Part shown: positions 9,136 to 19,633 of the stretch, piece by piece | How the letters are laid out: each line of letters starts with the position of its first letter | Numbering within the stretch: the stretch's first letter is position 1 | Assembly (NCBI GenBank): GCA_963730935.1 | Contig: CAVSTP010000002.1 | Span: 96,001 to 160,000, forward strand | DNA from: an uncultured Nitrospiraceae bacterium | GTDB lineage: Bacteria > Nitrospirota > Nitrospiria > Nitrospirales > Nitrospiraceae | Length of the DNA: 64,000 nt | Direction: 5' to 3' | Translations under genes and position numbers: made by a program | Notes under the pieces: generated by a model | The model's input: only the letters and a program-made list of their open reading frames with translations | The model's database searches: none | Told to the model about the DNA's origin: nothing

Positions 9136-9939
9136 TTACTTCTTCTTCTCGGCTTCTTTCTTTTCGGCTTTCGGAGCAGCGGCGGCAGCGGCGCCTTCTT
9201 TCTTCTCTCCCGCTTTGGCTTCAGCACCGGGTGCCGGAGCAGCGGCTGCGGCACCGGGAGCAGCGGCGACTTCCTCCCCTTCGGCCGCTGCCTTGCCCTT
9301 GATCGCAACCTCCGGCTCTTTGGCCCCCTCAGGGCCTGCGGCTTGGCTCGTCAGTAGCGCCTCGAGCTTGGCATCGGATATCGGCACCGCCACGCTGACC
9401 ACCATCTGATCCGGATCGTCGAGGTACCGAACGCCTTCGATCTTTGCCATCTCCTTGAGGTGAATACCCTGCCCGATGGCGAACCCCGATGCATCGACTT
9501 CGATGTGGTCCGGCAGCGCGCCCGGCAAACACTCGACATGCAGTTCACGCGTATTGTAGAGAAGGATGCCGCCTTCCTTGACGCCCGCCGGAGTACCTCC
9601 GATCACATGGACCGGCACTTTGACACGAATCGGCTTGTCCATCGAGATTTCGAAGAGATCGGCATGCAAAACGTTGCCTTCCACTGGATCCACCTGGAAG
9701 TCACGCAGCAGCGCGGTCCGCTTGGCCTTGGATTTGGCCCCATTAACCGTCAGTGTAATCAGGGCCGTACTTCCCGCCTGGGACTTCAAAATCTTGGTCA
9801 ATGGTTCCGGCTCGATCGTCAACAACAAACACTCACCTTGGCCGTACAGCACGCCGGGAACCTTTCCGCTCCGGCGAAGTTGACGCGCCACGCCTTTTCC
9901 GGATTTCTCTCTCACCGTCACTGCCAAATCGAATTTCAT
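9136..9939 (-). CDS. rplY: 50S ribosomal protein L25/Ctc
   Basis: GKGVARQLRRSGKVPGVLYG; HADL; GVKEGG; Ala/Glu/Lys-rich tail. Confidence 0.95.
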   Translation of the reverse strand: MKFDLAVTVREKSGKGVARQLRRSGKVPGVLYGQGECLLLTIEPEPLTKILKSQAGSTALITLTVNGAKSKAKRTALLRDFQVDPVEGNVLHADLFEISMDKPIRVKVPVHVIGGTPAGVKEGGILLYNTRELHVECLPGALPDHIEVDASGFAIGQGIHLKEMAKIEGVRYLDDPDQMVVSVAVPISDAKLEALLTSQAAGPEGAKEPEVAIKGKAAAEGEEVAAAPGAAAAAPAPGAEAKAGEKKEGAAAAAAPKAEKKEAEKKK

Positions 9940-9980
9940 GATGCTCCTCCGTCCCCTCGCTCTCTTGACGCTGTCTTGTC

Positions 9981-10922
9981 CTAGGCAAACAGCGAGCTGA
10001 CCGACTCATCCGCATGGATGCGTCGGATCGCCTCGCCGAGCAGCGGCGCCACTGACAATTGATGAATTTTCGGGCACAATCGCTGCTTGTCCTGTAATGG
10101 AATCGTATTCGTCGTGATGACTTGTGTCAGGCATGATTGCTGAAGCCGGTCGAGTGCAGGCCCAGAGAGCACAGCGTGCGTACAGGCGGTCCACACCTCC
10201 CGTGCGCCCTTGTCCGCACAAGCCTGAGCCCCTTGTACAATCGTTCCCGCGGTATCGACCATGTCGTCCAGCAGAAGTGCGCTCTTTCCCTTGATGTCTC
10301 CGATGATGTTCATGATCTGCGTCTGGTTCGGGCCCTCTCGTCGTTTGTCGATGATGGCTAGATTCGCCTGTAGCCGCTTGGCAAACGCACGGGCTCGTTC
10401 CACGCCCCCGGCGTCGGGCGACACGATCACCAGATCGCTGACCTTCTTCTTCGTGATGTAATCCAAGATTACCGGCAACGCATAGAGATGGTCCACGGGA
10501 ACGTTGAAAAAGCCCTGGATTTGTCCGGCGTGCAGATCCATGGTCAGGACCCTGTCCGCACCGGCGGTTGTAATGAGATCCGCAACAAGCTTTGCCGTGA
10601 TGGGCACACGCGGCTGATCCTTCCGATCCTGCCGAGCATATCCGAAATAGGGTATGACGGCCGTGATGCGGTAGGCCGAGGAGCGTTTCAAGGCATCGAT
10701 CATGATGAGCAACTCCATGAGGGAGTCGTTCACCGGGCTGCAGGTGGATTGCACCACGTAGACATCCGCACCGCGCACGTTTTCTTCAATCTTGATGCGG
10801 ATTTCTCCGTCGCTGAACGACGAAACCGTCGCCTCGCCGAGCTTTGCGCCGAGGTAGGCGCAGATCTCATGAGCGAGGGCGAGATTCGCATTGCCAGAGA
10901 AAATCATCAATTCTCTGCTCAT
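9981..10922 (-). CDS. prs: Ribose-phosphate pyrophosphokinase
   Basis: [44 protein letters not shown]. Confidence 0.97.
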   Translation of the reverse strand: MSRELMIFSGNANLALAHEICAYLGAKLGEATVSSFSDGEIRIKIEENVRGADVYVVQSTCSPVNDSLMELLIMIDALKRSSAYRITAVIPYFGYARQDRKDQPRVPITAKLVADLITTAGADRVLTMDLHAGQIQGFFNVPVDHLYALPVILDYITKKKVSDLVIVSPDAGGVERARAFAKRLQANLAIIDKRREGPNQTQIMNIIGDIKGKSALLLDDMVDTAGTIVQGAQACADKGAREVWTACTHAVLSGPALDRLQQSCLTQVITTNTIPLQDKQRLCPKIHQLSVAPLLGEAIRRIHADESVSSLFA

Positions 10923-11123
10923 CGATCCCTCGACTAATTCCCCGTGCCTGGAACAGGAAGTGTTGCTCGTACGTGGTTCGTCTCGACGGCTGGCGTCGGT
11001 GGGCGTAGTCTCGAACCCGCCACCCTTATTTGCTGCGCGCTGTTGAGGAAGCCAACTAAGAGGCTGAACTGTAACGGAAATCAGGGAAGCTTGTCAACCG
11101 AGTGCGGCTTCCTGGGGAATATC

Positions 11124-12044
11124 CTATGACGTCCTGAGCGGGCCGGAACACGTTGGAACGACAAAGAGATTGAGCTCTGCGTCCTGCGCCAGCTCAGCCC
11201 CTGCACGCCGCGCCGTGGATTCCTCGTCGAAGAGCCCAAAGACCGTCGCGCCGCTACCGGACAGCAGGGCAAATTGAGCGCCTCTCGTCAGCAGGGAGCG
11301 CTTGATTTCTCCAAGTTGGGGATGGCGGGCAAATACCGGAATCTCAAAATCATTTTCTATACTGGCTGCCACCTGACTCCATGTGATCCTGTCGCGCCGG
11401 GCGAGTTCGCCATGATCGGCGGACAGCTGTCGCACTCCGGGTCTTGTGGCCGCCAATTCCTGGTACGCCCATTTCGTCTCGATCCCAAATGCAGGTTTGA
11501 CCAGCACAATCCAGCGGCCGCCTTCGATGGTGACCGGTCTGACCGATTCGCCCCGGCCGGATACGATCGCTGAAGGCGCAAACAGGAAGAACGCGACATC
11601 GCTGCCCAACGCCTGCCCGACTTCCGCCATCTTCGCCCTCGACCACCCGAGCTTCAACGACTGATTGAGGCCTACGATGGTTGCCGCCGCATCACTGCTT
11701 CCGCCGCCCAGTCCAGCGCCCATCGGAACACGCTTGTGAAGCTCGATGTCCACCCCGACCGACAGCCGTGCATGATCGAGAACCGCTGACGCCGCCTTCG
11801 AGACAAGATTGGTATGATCGACGGACAGACCCTCCACATTGCAGGCCAACCTGATCCCCCGCCGCGAGGGTGTGACGCGCATCGTCACCGCGTCTTCGAG
11901 CGCGACCGTGTGCATGATCGACCAGAGGTTGTGATAGCCGTCGGAGCGTCGATCCAATATGCGAAGGATCAAATTGACTTTGGCAGGAGCATGAACGGTG
12001 ACGGGAATTTCTGGAGGAAGGGATGCTGACTGACCCTTAGTCAC
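11124..12044 (-). CDS. ispE: 4-diphosphocytidyl-2-C-methyl-D-erythritol kinase
   Basis: APAKVNL, PMGAGLGGGSSDAA, LGSDV, LSGSGATVF. Confidence 0.95.
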   Translation of the reverse strand: MTKGQSASLPPEIPVTVHAPAKVNLILRILDRRSDGYHNLWSIMHTVALEDAVTMRVTPSRRGIRLACNVEGLSVDHTNLVSKAASAVLDHARLSVGVDIELHKRVPMGAGLGGGSSDAAATIVGLNQSLKLGWSRAKMAEVGQALGSDVAFFLFAPSAIVSGRGESVRPVTIEGGRWIVLVKPAFGIETKWAYQELAATRPGVRQLSADHGELARRDRITWSQVAASIENDFEIPVFARHPQLGEIKRSLLTRGAQFALLSGSGATVFGLFDEESTARRAGAELAQDAELNLFVVPTCSGPLRTS

Positions 12045-13422
12045 GGCCTCCTTTTATAGCATACTTCTCCAACCGATAACGGAATGACCTCGTATTGAGT
12101 TTGAGCAAACGGGCTGCTTTCTTCTTCACCCATTTCGAGCGTTCCAACGCTCTCATGAGGAAATCCTTCTCGATGCCGTTGATGAGGCCTTCCAGGTCGA
12201 GTCCGTCTTCGGGGAGATCTGTCGGGATCCCTTGCGACTGCTGAGGAATGACCGCGTGATGCAACCACCCGCGGATGTCGGTGTCGGTGACCGTGTTGCC
12301 CGTTGAAAAGGCGACGACCCGTTCGATCAGATTCTCGAGTTCCCGCACATTGCCGCGCCATTCGTGCCCCAGGAGGACGTGCATGGCTTCCGCCGTCAGG
12401 GTCGGAGCCATCCTCCCGCTTTCTTGGGCAAATTTTTCCAGGAAATGCGCGACGAGCAACGGAATATCGCCCGCTCGAAGTCGAAGCGGGGGAAGGCGGA
12501 TGGGAATGACATCCAGACGGTAGTAGAGATCTTCTCTGAACGATCCGTCTGCGACGGCCTTTTCGAGATCGCGGTTGGTCGCCGCGATCACGCGCACATC
12601 GACCTTCATGTCTTGAGTGCCGCCGACCCGACGGAATTCGCGCTCCTGAATCACACGCAGCAGCTTGACCTGGATGGCCGGCGTCGTGTCGCCGATTTCG
12701 TCCAGGAAAATCGTTCCGCCGTTGGCGATCTCGAACAAGCCTGCTTTGTTCGCCACGGCTCCCGTGAAGGAACCCTTCATATGCCCGAACAGTTCGCTCT
12801 CAAGCAAGGTCTCAGGAACGGCGCTGCAATTGACGGCCACAAAAGACATCGGGCTGCGTGCACTGTTGTAATGGATCGCGCGGGCTACCAGTTCTTTCCC
12901 CGTGCCGCTTTCGCCGCAGATGAGGACGTTGCTTTTCGAATCGGCCACTTTGCGAACCACGTCGAAGACTTTTTGCATGGCTTCGCTCTGCCCGACGATC
13001 TGCGCGAACGACGACTGGCTGGCAATTTCGCGCTTGAGCAGCATGTTCTCGGTCGACAGTCGGCGTTTCTCGAGGGCATTGCGGATGATGAGCTGAACCT
13101 CGTCCACCTGAAACGGCTTGGTGAGGTAATCGTAAGCACCTTGCTTCATCGCCTCGACGGCCGAGTCCGCTGTGCCGAAGGCGGTCACCACCAGTACCAC
13201 CGTCTCGGGTGAGGACGATTTCACCGCCTTGAGGACATCCATTCCGTCAGCCTTGGGCATGCGAAGATCGGTAATGACGAGATCGTAGATATCTTTATTG
13301 ACCTGGCCGATGGCTTGCTCGCCGTCGGAGGCTTCGGTCACCTCGTAGCCTGCTCGCTTGAGCATGATGCTCATGACTTCGCGCAAGCTCTTCTCGTCAT
13401 CGACGACTAGGATCTTTTCCAC
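12037..13422 (-). CDS. pilR: Sigma54-dependent response regulator (PilR-like)
   Basis: Receiver domain, AAA+ domain (GESGTGKE, GSFTGA) and Fis HTH; downstream of pilC-pilS. Confidence 0.85.
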   Translation of the reverse strand: MEKILVVDDEKSLREVMSIMLKRAGYEVTEASDGEQAIGQVNKDIYDLVITDLRMPKADGMDVLKAVKSSSPETVVLVVTAFGTADSAVEAMKQGAYDYLTKPFQVDEVQLIIRNALEKRRLSTENMLLKREIASQSSFAQIVGQSEAMQKVFDVVRKVADSKSNVLICGESGTGKELVARAIHYNSARSPMSFVAVNCSAVPETLLESELFGHMKGSFTGAVANKAGLFEIANGGTIFLDEIGDTTPAIQVKLLRVIQEREFRRVGGTQDMKVDVRVIAATNRDLEKAVADGSFREDLYYRLDVIPIRLPPLRLRAGDIPLLVAHFLEKFAQESGRMAPTLTAEAMHVLLGHEWRGNVRELENLIERVVAFSTGNTVTDTDIRGWLHHAVIPQQSQGIPTDLPEDGLDLEGLINGIEKDFLMRALERSKWVKKKAARLLKLNTRSFRYRLEKYAIKGGRD

Positions 13423-15098
13423 GGTGTTCGCCCCTCATGCCATAACCGTACACCATCGCCCCCGGAACGGGGCAGACAGACCACAAAGCGGGTCCCTTGC
13501 TGGGGCTGGCTTTCCACTTTGATCCAGCCCCCATGGAGATCGACGATGCGATGCACTGCCGCGAGCCCTAGACCCGAGCCTTCTTTTTTTGTCGTGAAAA
13601 AAGGGAGAAAAATCTTGTCCAGATTCCCTGGAGCAATGCCTTCTCCTGTGTCCTGAAAGGCGATTTCAACGACATCGCCTTTGCGTCCTCCGGCGTCGAT
13701 GTGACGAGACCCGGTCGTGATGGTCAGCTTTCCGCCCTCCGGCATGGCATCAAACGCATTCGTGGCGAGGTTCCAAAACACTTGCCGCATCTGGTTCTGG
13801 TCCACTTGGGCTGAGAGGGCCCCCCCGGCCAATGACGTTGCGATCGTGATCTGTTTTCTGTTCCGCGCTTCATGTTGTACTAGATCCAACGTCTCGGCAA
13901 GAATTTTGTCTATATTATGCTCAGCCAAGTCGAGGGCCGGCGGCCTCGCATATTGAAGAAATTCGGTGATGATGGCGTCGAGTCTCGTGGCTTCGCGGAC
14001 CGCGATGTCCATGAGTCGTCGATCGGTAGCGTCGGAAATCGCTTCCTTACGCAGCATCTGCATCGCGCCGGCCAACGCCCCGAGGGGATTCCTGATTTCG
14101 TGTGCCATGCCGGCCGACATCTCGCCGAGATTGGCGAGCCATTCCTTGCGACGCATTTCTTCTTCGAGATCCCGAATCTGGGTCAGATCCTTGAAGACTC
14201 CAACCAATCCGTGCGGTTCATCTTGCTCGTGCAACGGCGAGACAGTCATGCCGAGCACAAGCCGGTTCCCATTGGCGCCCTTGCATTCCACTTCAAACCG
14301 CGTCATGGCGGGCACGGCCGGGGCTGGTCCTTCGTCTGACGACTCGTTCGGATGCCAATTGAAGATTTCACGCCAGGACCGTCCAAATACTTGCCCGGCC
14401 GAATAGCCCGTCACTTCCTGCGCCGCAGGGTTGAACGAGGTGACCGCGCCTGTTGCATCGGCCGTGAACACCCCGCTGCTGATGCTTCGGACGATGTTCT
14501 CGTGAAAGGCCTGGAGGCGGGTCAATCCCTGTTCCTTCTCGCGCAACGATTGATCTGCCAGATGAAGCTGCTCCGCCAAGGTTCCGCTCAAGAGGCCGAC
14601 GACGAGCAGAGCCAAGGCATAGACCCCGAAGGTTTGAAGCATCGATGCGGGACTGATGTGGCCGATCTGGCCGGTCCAGCTTGGAGCCAGTCCGTAGAGC
14701 TGCGCATTGGTGACGACGCCGAACACAATGATGCAGGTGCAGGCGGCAAAGAGCCCAACCCGGCGTTGCGGGATCAAGCTGGCCACGGCCACGGTGATGA
14801 CATAGAGAACCGCGAACGGACTCTCGACGCCCCCGGTGCGTGCGACGAGGACCGTTTCCAACAGGAAATCGATGCCTACTTGCGTCCAAAAAAAGGCTGT
14901 GAGAGCGGACGGGGTTTTGAGCGCTCGGAGGAGCACCGCGGAAGGAATCGTGAGGGCATAGGTCAGGACGATCAGCGCATAGAAAGTTTCTAGACGAGTA
15001 CCGGCTGCTTCGAAGACAATGGACACACCCAGCATCAGGGTGACGAACGTCACCCGCAGCCCCATCAACCAATGAAGCCTGGCGCGCAACGCGTCCAT
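13407..15098 (-). CDS. pilS: Sensor histidine kinase (PilS-like)
   Basis: About six N-terminal TM helices, PAS domain, H-box AHEIRNPL, HATPase N/G boxes. Confidence 0.85.
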   Translation of the reverse strand: MDALRARLHWLMGLRVTFVTLMLGVSIVFEAAGTRLETFYALIVLTYALTIPSAVLLRALKTPSALTAFFWTQVGIDFLLETVLVARTGGVESPFAVLYVITVAVASLIPQRRVGLFAACTCIIVFGVVTNAQLYGLAPSWTGQIGHISPASMLQTFGVYALALLVVGLLSGTLAEQLHLADQSLREKEQGLTRLQAFHENIVRSISSGVFTADATGAVTSFNPAAQEVTGYSAGQVFGRSWREIFNWHPNESSDEGPAPAVPAMTRFEVECKGANGNRLVLGMTVSPLHEQDEPHGLVGVFKDLTQIRDLEEEMRRKEWLANLGEMSAGMAHEIRNPLGALAGAMQMLRKEAISDATDRRLMDIAVREATRLDAIITEFLQYARPPALDLAEHNIDKILAETLDLVQHEARNRKQITIATSLAGGALSAQVDQNQMRQVFWNLATNAFDAMPEGGKLTITTGSRHIDAGGRKGDVVEIAFQDTGEGIAPGNLDKIFLPFFTTKKEGSGLGLAAVHRIVDLHGGWIKVESQPQQGTRFVVCLPRSGGDGVRLWHEGRTPWKRS

Positions 15099-15110
15099 CA
15101 GTTGTCGCGG

Positions 15111-15142
15111 TTAAAAGATGCCTACCCAGCCGGGTGAGGCAT
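15111..15142 (-). terminator. Putative intrinsic terminator/attenuator between pilC and pilS
   Basis: Hairpin ATGCCT..ACCC/GGGT..AGGCAT followed on the minus strand by CTTTTAA. Confidence 0.5.
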
Positions 15143-15171
15143 TGAAGGAGTCTTGCGATGGGTGCAACAGC

Positions 15172-16383
15172 TTAGCCAATCGCCGATGCCATTTTGAAAA
15201 TGGGCAGATACATCGCGATGACAATGAACCCGATCACGACGCCCAAGAACACCATCATCATCGGTTCGAGCAGCGACGTCAGAGAGGCCACCGCCTGGTC
15301 GACCTCATCCTCGTAAAAGTCGGCAATCTTTCCCAGCATGGCATCCAACGCGCCGGTGGATTCTCCGACGGCAATCATGTGGGTAACCATCTTAGGAAAC
15401 ACCTGGCTCGCGGTCAGTGGATCGGCGATGGTTTTGCCTCCGCTGATACTGACCCGCGCGTTCAACAGCGCTTCTTCGATGACTTTGTTGCCGGAGGTCT
15501 TTGCGCAAATGATCAAGCCGTCCAGCAGCGGGACGCCGCTCGACAGCAATGTTCCGAGCGTTCTTGTGAATTTCGCAACGGACGCCTTTCGAATGAGATC
15601 ACCGAATACGGGGGTCTTCAACAGGAACTTGTCGATGGCGTACCTTCCTTTGGGCGTCGCATAATATTTCTTGATGATCATGACGGCACCGAAGATCAAG
15701 CCGGCTCCGATGTACCAATACGATTGAAAGGCGTTGCTGATATCAATCACGAGCTGCGTGGGACCCGGCAACCCGACTTTCCCTCCCGAGAGCTCGTCGA
15801 ACATCTTCGCGAAAATCGGAATCACGAAGATCATCAGGACGGTGATGACGATGCCCGCCACGCCGAGAATCGCCGAAGGGTAAATCATCGCGGATTTGAT
15901 CTGTCCCTTCAGCTTCATCGCCTTTTCAATGTGCTTGGCCAGACGGGTCAAAATGGTGTCAAGGAGACCGCCCACTTCGCCGGCGTGCACCATGTTCACG
16001 TAAAGGTCGTCGAACACCTTTGGATGCTTCCGCAGCGCGTCTGAAAAGGTGGAACCAGCTTCTACTTGTCCTCTCACGTCGCCGACGGTGTCACGGAGGA
16101 CCTTATTTTCCGATTGCGTGGAGAGAATTTCGAGGCATTGCACGAGCGGCAGGCCGGCGTTGATCATTGTGCCGAATTGTCTTGTAAAGACGACGAGGTC
16201 CTTGTCGGTCAATCCGGAGCCGAAGCTGAACTTCAGCCCACCGCCGGTTTTTTCTTCCAGACTCGTGACGACGACGCTCTGCTTCCGGAGTTGGTCGACC
16301 GCGTCGTCCTTACTTTTGGCGGTGAGTTCCCCTTTTTTCACCGACCCGGATCGTGTCCGCCCGACATACGCAAATGTCGTCAT
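15172..16383 (-). CDS. pilC: Type IV pilus inner-membrane platform protein (GspF/PilC family)
   Basis: FTRQFGTMINAGLPL, AGEVGGLLD, VGESTGALD, EPMMMV. Confidence 0.93.
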   Translation of the reverse strand: MTTFAYVGRTRSGSVKKGELTAKSKDDAVDQLRKQSVVVTSLEEKTGGGLKFSFGSGLTDKDLVVFTRQFGTMINAGLPLVQCLEILSTQSENKVLRDTVGDVRGQVEAGSTFSDALRKHPKVFDDLYVNMVHAGEVGGLLDTILTRLAKHIEKAMKLKGQIKSAMIYPSAILGVAGIVITVLMIFVIPIFAKMFDELSGGKVGLPGPTQLVIDISNAFQSYWYIGAGLIFGAVMIIKKYYATPKGRYAIDKFLLKTPVFGDLIRKASVAKFTRTLGTLLSSGVPLLDGLIICAKTSGNKVIEEALLNARVSISGGKTIADPLTASQVFPKMVTHMIAVGESTGALDAMLGKIADFYEDEVDQAVASLTSLLEPMMMVFLGVVIGFIVIAMYLPIFKMASAIG

Positions 16384-16530
16384 AGGTCACTCTCATCCTT
16401 CGAGGCTTCGCTCAACGGCCGGTTTTCTCGGCGAAATTACCTACTTGGCGAGTCTACTGGCGACCTAAAAACCTGTCAAACAAATGCAGAATCTATGCGG
16501 AGGCTGACGACGAGGGCGTAGGATGAGAAC

Positions 16531-17067
16531 TTAAGACGGGGAGGACCCGGCTGACCGATAGCCACGATACAAATAATGACAGCCCGATGACACCGTAAAT
16601 GCCACCATTGCGATTAGCAGAGGGTTGAGTAAGGACAGATCCATCTGACGGGAACTGAGAAAAATGACGAGCAGCACGTAGGCCAGTTGGAGAAAGGTCG
16701 CCCCTTTCCCGAAAAACGTTGGCGCAATGTCGATGTTCGACTCGGTAAACTGCGCCACTGCGGTTCCCAGCAGCAGCATGGCATCACGGCTCACCACGAG
16801 GATCGTCACCCACGAAGGAATAAGATGGATGGTCGAAAGCGTAATGAACCCGGAGGTCAGGAGCAGTTTATCGGCCAACGGGTCCAGGAAGGCGCCTAAA
16901 CGCGTCCGTTGATTGGCAGCCCGGGCGATCGTGCCATCGAGCGCATCGGTCACACCGGCCAGCAGTAACACACCCATCGCCGCGTCGAAGCGCTCGTAAA
17001 CCAACAACCCGACATAGATGGGAATCAGCAAAATGCGAAGGATGGTCAGGCTGTTGGGGATATTCAT
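16531..17067 (-). CDS. CDP-alcohol phosphatidyltransferase (PgsA/cardiolipin synthase-like)
   Basis: MNIPNSLTILR; DALDG.IAR...T.LGAFLDPLADK. Confidence 0.9.
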   Translation of the reverse strand: MNIPNSLTILRILLIPIYVGLLVYERFDAAMGVLLLAGVTDALDGTIARAANQRTRLGAFLDPLADKLLLTSGFITLSTIHLIPSWVTILVVSRDAMLLLGTAVAQFTESNIDIAPTFFGKGATFLQLAYVLLVIFLSSRQMDLSLLNPLLIAMVAFTVSSGCHYLYRGYRSAGSSPS

Positions 17068-17199
17068 GCGGTCTCGAACACAGGCGGCAACCGCGACGAG
17101 CACGGAATAATAGGTGGGCACCGCAATGAAGTCAACGGCTTGCAGTCAGCTTCGGATGTGCCTATACTGCAGCCTCTTCGAAGGCGTACGGAGGAGTCG

Positions 17200-17517
17200 A
17201 TGAATGCTCTGGCTTCACTGTTTAAACGAGACGGACTGATCGAGAAACATCAGTTGGAAGGCGTCGATCCAAGCGATCGCTACTTCAACCGGGCCGTTCT
17301 CGTCAATCGCACCTCGTCGGGTTACCAAGCCAAGGTTATGTACGAGGCTCTGACTGTGGAAGGCCAATCGCATCCTACGATCGCTGCCGCCGTCACGGAA
17401 CTGGTGCAAAAACTCCAGGCCTTCGGGTTCATCCGGCTCCGGAGCCGGGCAAATTTCAAGGGCTCCAAATACCTCGCCGAAAAAGAAACCTGGATCGAAT
17501 ACCCCGACCGCACCTGA
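17200..17517 (+). CDS. Hypothetical protein (105 aa)
   Basis: ATG at 17200 after GGAGGAG; fills the gap between two minus-strand genes. Confidence 0.75.
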   Translation: MNALASLFKRDGLIEKHQLEGVDPSDRYFNRAVLVNRTSSGYQAKVMYEALTVEGQSHPTIAAAVTELVQKLQAFGFIRLRSRANFKGSKYLAEKETWIEYPDRT

Positions 17518-17520
17518 CCC

Positions 17521-18648
17521 CTAGGCACGCGTCAATACCCCATAGGCCAGATCGTGGATGAGGGGCCGGAAGACCCGAATTGAGTCGTTGCTTCGGCTCG
17601 GATGTACGCGGTTCGTCAGCAACACCAGTTCCAGCTTCCTCCGTGGATCAATCCACAGAGACGTGCCGGTGAATCCGAGATGGCCGAAGGACTCAGGCGA
17701 GAAATGAGTTCCGGAGGAAGAAGGTGCCGTCGGCGTATCCCAGCCCAAGGCCCAGCTCGATTCCCGAGGATGCGATTGCTTTGTGGTGAACTCCCGAACA
17801 AGCCGCCGATCAAGGATGGATCGGGTTCCGTGGTAGCCCGCTACCCAGGCACCCGAGACGGCGAGCACAGCTTCCGCAGTTCCAAATAGGCCGGCATGTC
17901 CCGCGACACCACCCATCGCTGCGGCATTTTCGTCGTGCACTTCGCCTTTCAGCATGCGTTGTCTCCAGTCATCCCATTCTGTGGGTGCGCTCGTCACATC
18001 CGGCCGACTGACTAGAGATTGAGGCGCTGCCGCCCCGGTACGGTTGAAGAACAGCGCGTTCACCCCGAGCGGCCGTGCGACCGCCTCGTAAAAATACTCA
18101 TCCAAGGACAGGCCACTTGCTCGTTCCACCGCACACCCCAACAAGATAAACCCCAGATCGCTGTATAGGCTCTGCTCACCGACCTGAGACACGAGTGATT
18201 CCTCTCTGATGAGGCGCAGTACCGACTGCCTCACGATGCCTGGTGCAGCCCGGCCCCATGCACATCCTTCGGCATTCAGCCGTTCATAGAGCGGACGCCA
18301 TCCAGGCAAGCCTGAGCGATGACTCAACAAGTCGCGGACGGAGGCTAGGCCAATCGGCGCATGCTTCAACTCGACGAGCACGTCCCCCACTGCGACATCG
18401 AGCTTGAGTTTTCCCGCTTGCACGAGCAGGAGGACTGACGTCACTGTCGCGAGGGGCTTGGTCAACGATGCAAGATCATAGAGGGTTGATGGCTGGACCG
18501 GTTGAGCAGCGGATTCGGAGGAAAGTCGCCCGGCAACCACGAGGATCCTGATCTCGCCGTCCAACCGCCCTGCCAACACTCCACCGGGAAAAACGCCGTC
18601 CCGCACAGCCTGATCCATGGCAGCTTGGATAACGCCGATGTCCTTCAT
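17521..18648 (-). CDS. Serine hydrolase, beta-lactamase class C/PBP-like family
   Basis: YDLASLTK (SxxK), LLSHRSGL, YSD, GEVHDENA, GHAGLF, GHLGFTGTS. Confidence 0.9.
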   Translation of the reverse strand: MKDIGVIQAAMDQAVRDGVFPGGVLAGRLDGEIRILVVAGRLSSESAAQPVQPSTLYDLASLTKPLATVTSVLLLVQAGKLKLDVAVGDVLVELKHAPIGLASVRDLLSHRSGLPGWRPLYERLNAEGCAWGRAAPGIVRQSVLRLIREESLVSQVGEQSLYSDLGFILLGCAVERASGLSLDEYFYEAVARPLGVNALFFNRTGAAAPQSLVSRPDVTSAPTEWDDWRQRMLKGEVHDENAAAMGGVAGHAGLFGTAEAVLAVSGAWVAGYHGTRSILDRRLVREFTTKQSHPRESSWALGWDTPTAPSSSGTHFSPESFGHLGFTGTSLWIDPRRKLELVLLTNRVHPSRSNDSIRVFRPLIHDLAYGVLTRA

Positions 18649-18807
18649 CTCGGAACAGCGAGGTGCGGCGAAGGGAAGCGTGTGGACGCCGCAGCCGGCG
18701 TGTGCCAGGGTGGTAAGCAGAGACAAGCAGCGGGGAGCTGGTGTGCAGCAGGGAACGAGACAACCGGTGGGTAACGCGTGCTGGAGAAGGAGCGTTCCGA
18801 CATGCGG

Positions 18808-19320
18808 TTACAATGCCGGGCTCGACTCTCCCTCCAACTTGTGCTCAGCGTGTGTCGCACCATCATGGAAGGCCTCTTGCTCCTCGACCTCGAGCATGCG
18901 CTCGTACGTGCGCAAGGTCGCCCGCAAGCGTTCCACCATCAACAGGCGCTGCTTCTGAAGGGTCGACAGATCCCGCTGGGTATTAGAGAGTTCCACCCGA
19001 GCCTGACGGATCATTTCACCCGCCTTCAGCTCGGCCTCCTTGATGACCAGCTCGGACTCACGTTGGGCGCTGCGCTTCACGTCTTCCGCGAGCGACTGAG
19101 CGGATACGAGCGTATTCGAGAGCGTCGCTTCGGTGCGCTTCAATTCCGTCAATTGCTGCTCGAGAAAGACGATCTTCTCACGCTGGACCGCGTTTTCGCG
19201 ATTCAACTCCTCGACGGTTTCGGCGATCTCCTCCAGGAAACGATTGACTTCTTCCTTGTCGTAGCCCCGGAAACCCGTCCTGAAGACGGTCTGTTGGATG
19301 TCCAGCGGTGTGATTTTCAT
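18808..19320 (-). CDS. divIVA: DivIVA domain protein
   Basis: MKITPLDI...FRGYDKEEVNRFL followed by coiled coil. Confidence 0.93.
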   Translation of the reverse strand: MKITPLDIQQTVFRTGFRGYDKEEVNRFLEEIAETVEELNRENAVQREKIVFLEQQLTELKRTEATLSNTLVSAQSLAEDVKRSAQRESELVIKEAELKAGEMIRQARVELSNTQRDLSTLQKQRLLMVERLRATLRTYERMLEVEEQEAFHDGATHAEHKLEGESSPAL

Positions 19321-19336
19321 GGCGCCCCCCTTCGCG

Positions 19337-19633
19337 TCAATTCATCTGATGGGCAAAATCGCTCAACGTTTTGACGACCGCGATTTGTAGGAAACTGATA
19401 ATCAGAATGGCGATGATCGGCGAGAGATCGATGCCCATTCTCCATCCGATCCACCGGCGAATCGGCGCAAGCACCGGCTCCGTGACACGCTCCAAAAACT
19501 GCACGATCGGATTCCACGGATCTGGATTGACCCAGGAAATCAGGGCCCTGGCAATGATGACCCACATGTAGAGCCACAACACGGTATCCAAGACCGTGGC
19601 CAATCCCTGCAACACATTACTCATGACGAACAT
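19337..19633 (-). CDS. yggT: YggT family membrane protein
   Basis: ISWVNPDPWNPIVQFL...TEP.L.PIRR...IDLSP. Confidence 0.93.
   Translation of the reverse strand: MFVMSNVLQGLATVLDTVLWLYMWVIIARALISWVNPDPWNPIVQFLERVTEPVLAPIRRWIGWRMGIDLSPIIAILIISFLQIAVVKTLSDFAHQMN

Noticed and set aside
9136..9330. Low-complexity Ala/Lys/Glu tail of L25
   Set aside because: Common feature of long Ctc-type L25 proteins
10985..11070. Possible tRNA-Gln between ispE and prs (minus strand has GGTTCGAG and ends ...CGCCA)
   Set aside because: The T-arm stem does not pair and no acceptor or anticodon arms could be built; at most a hairpin or a decayed remnant
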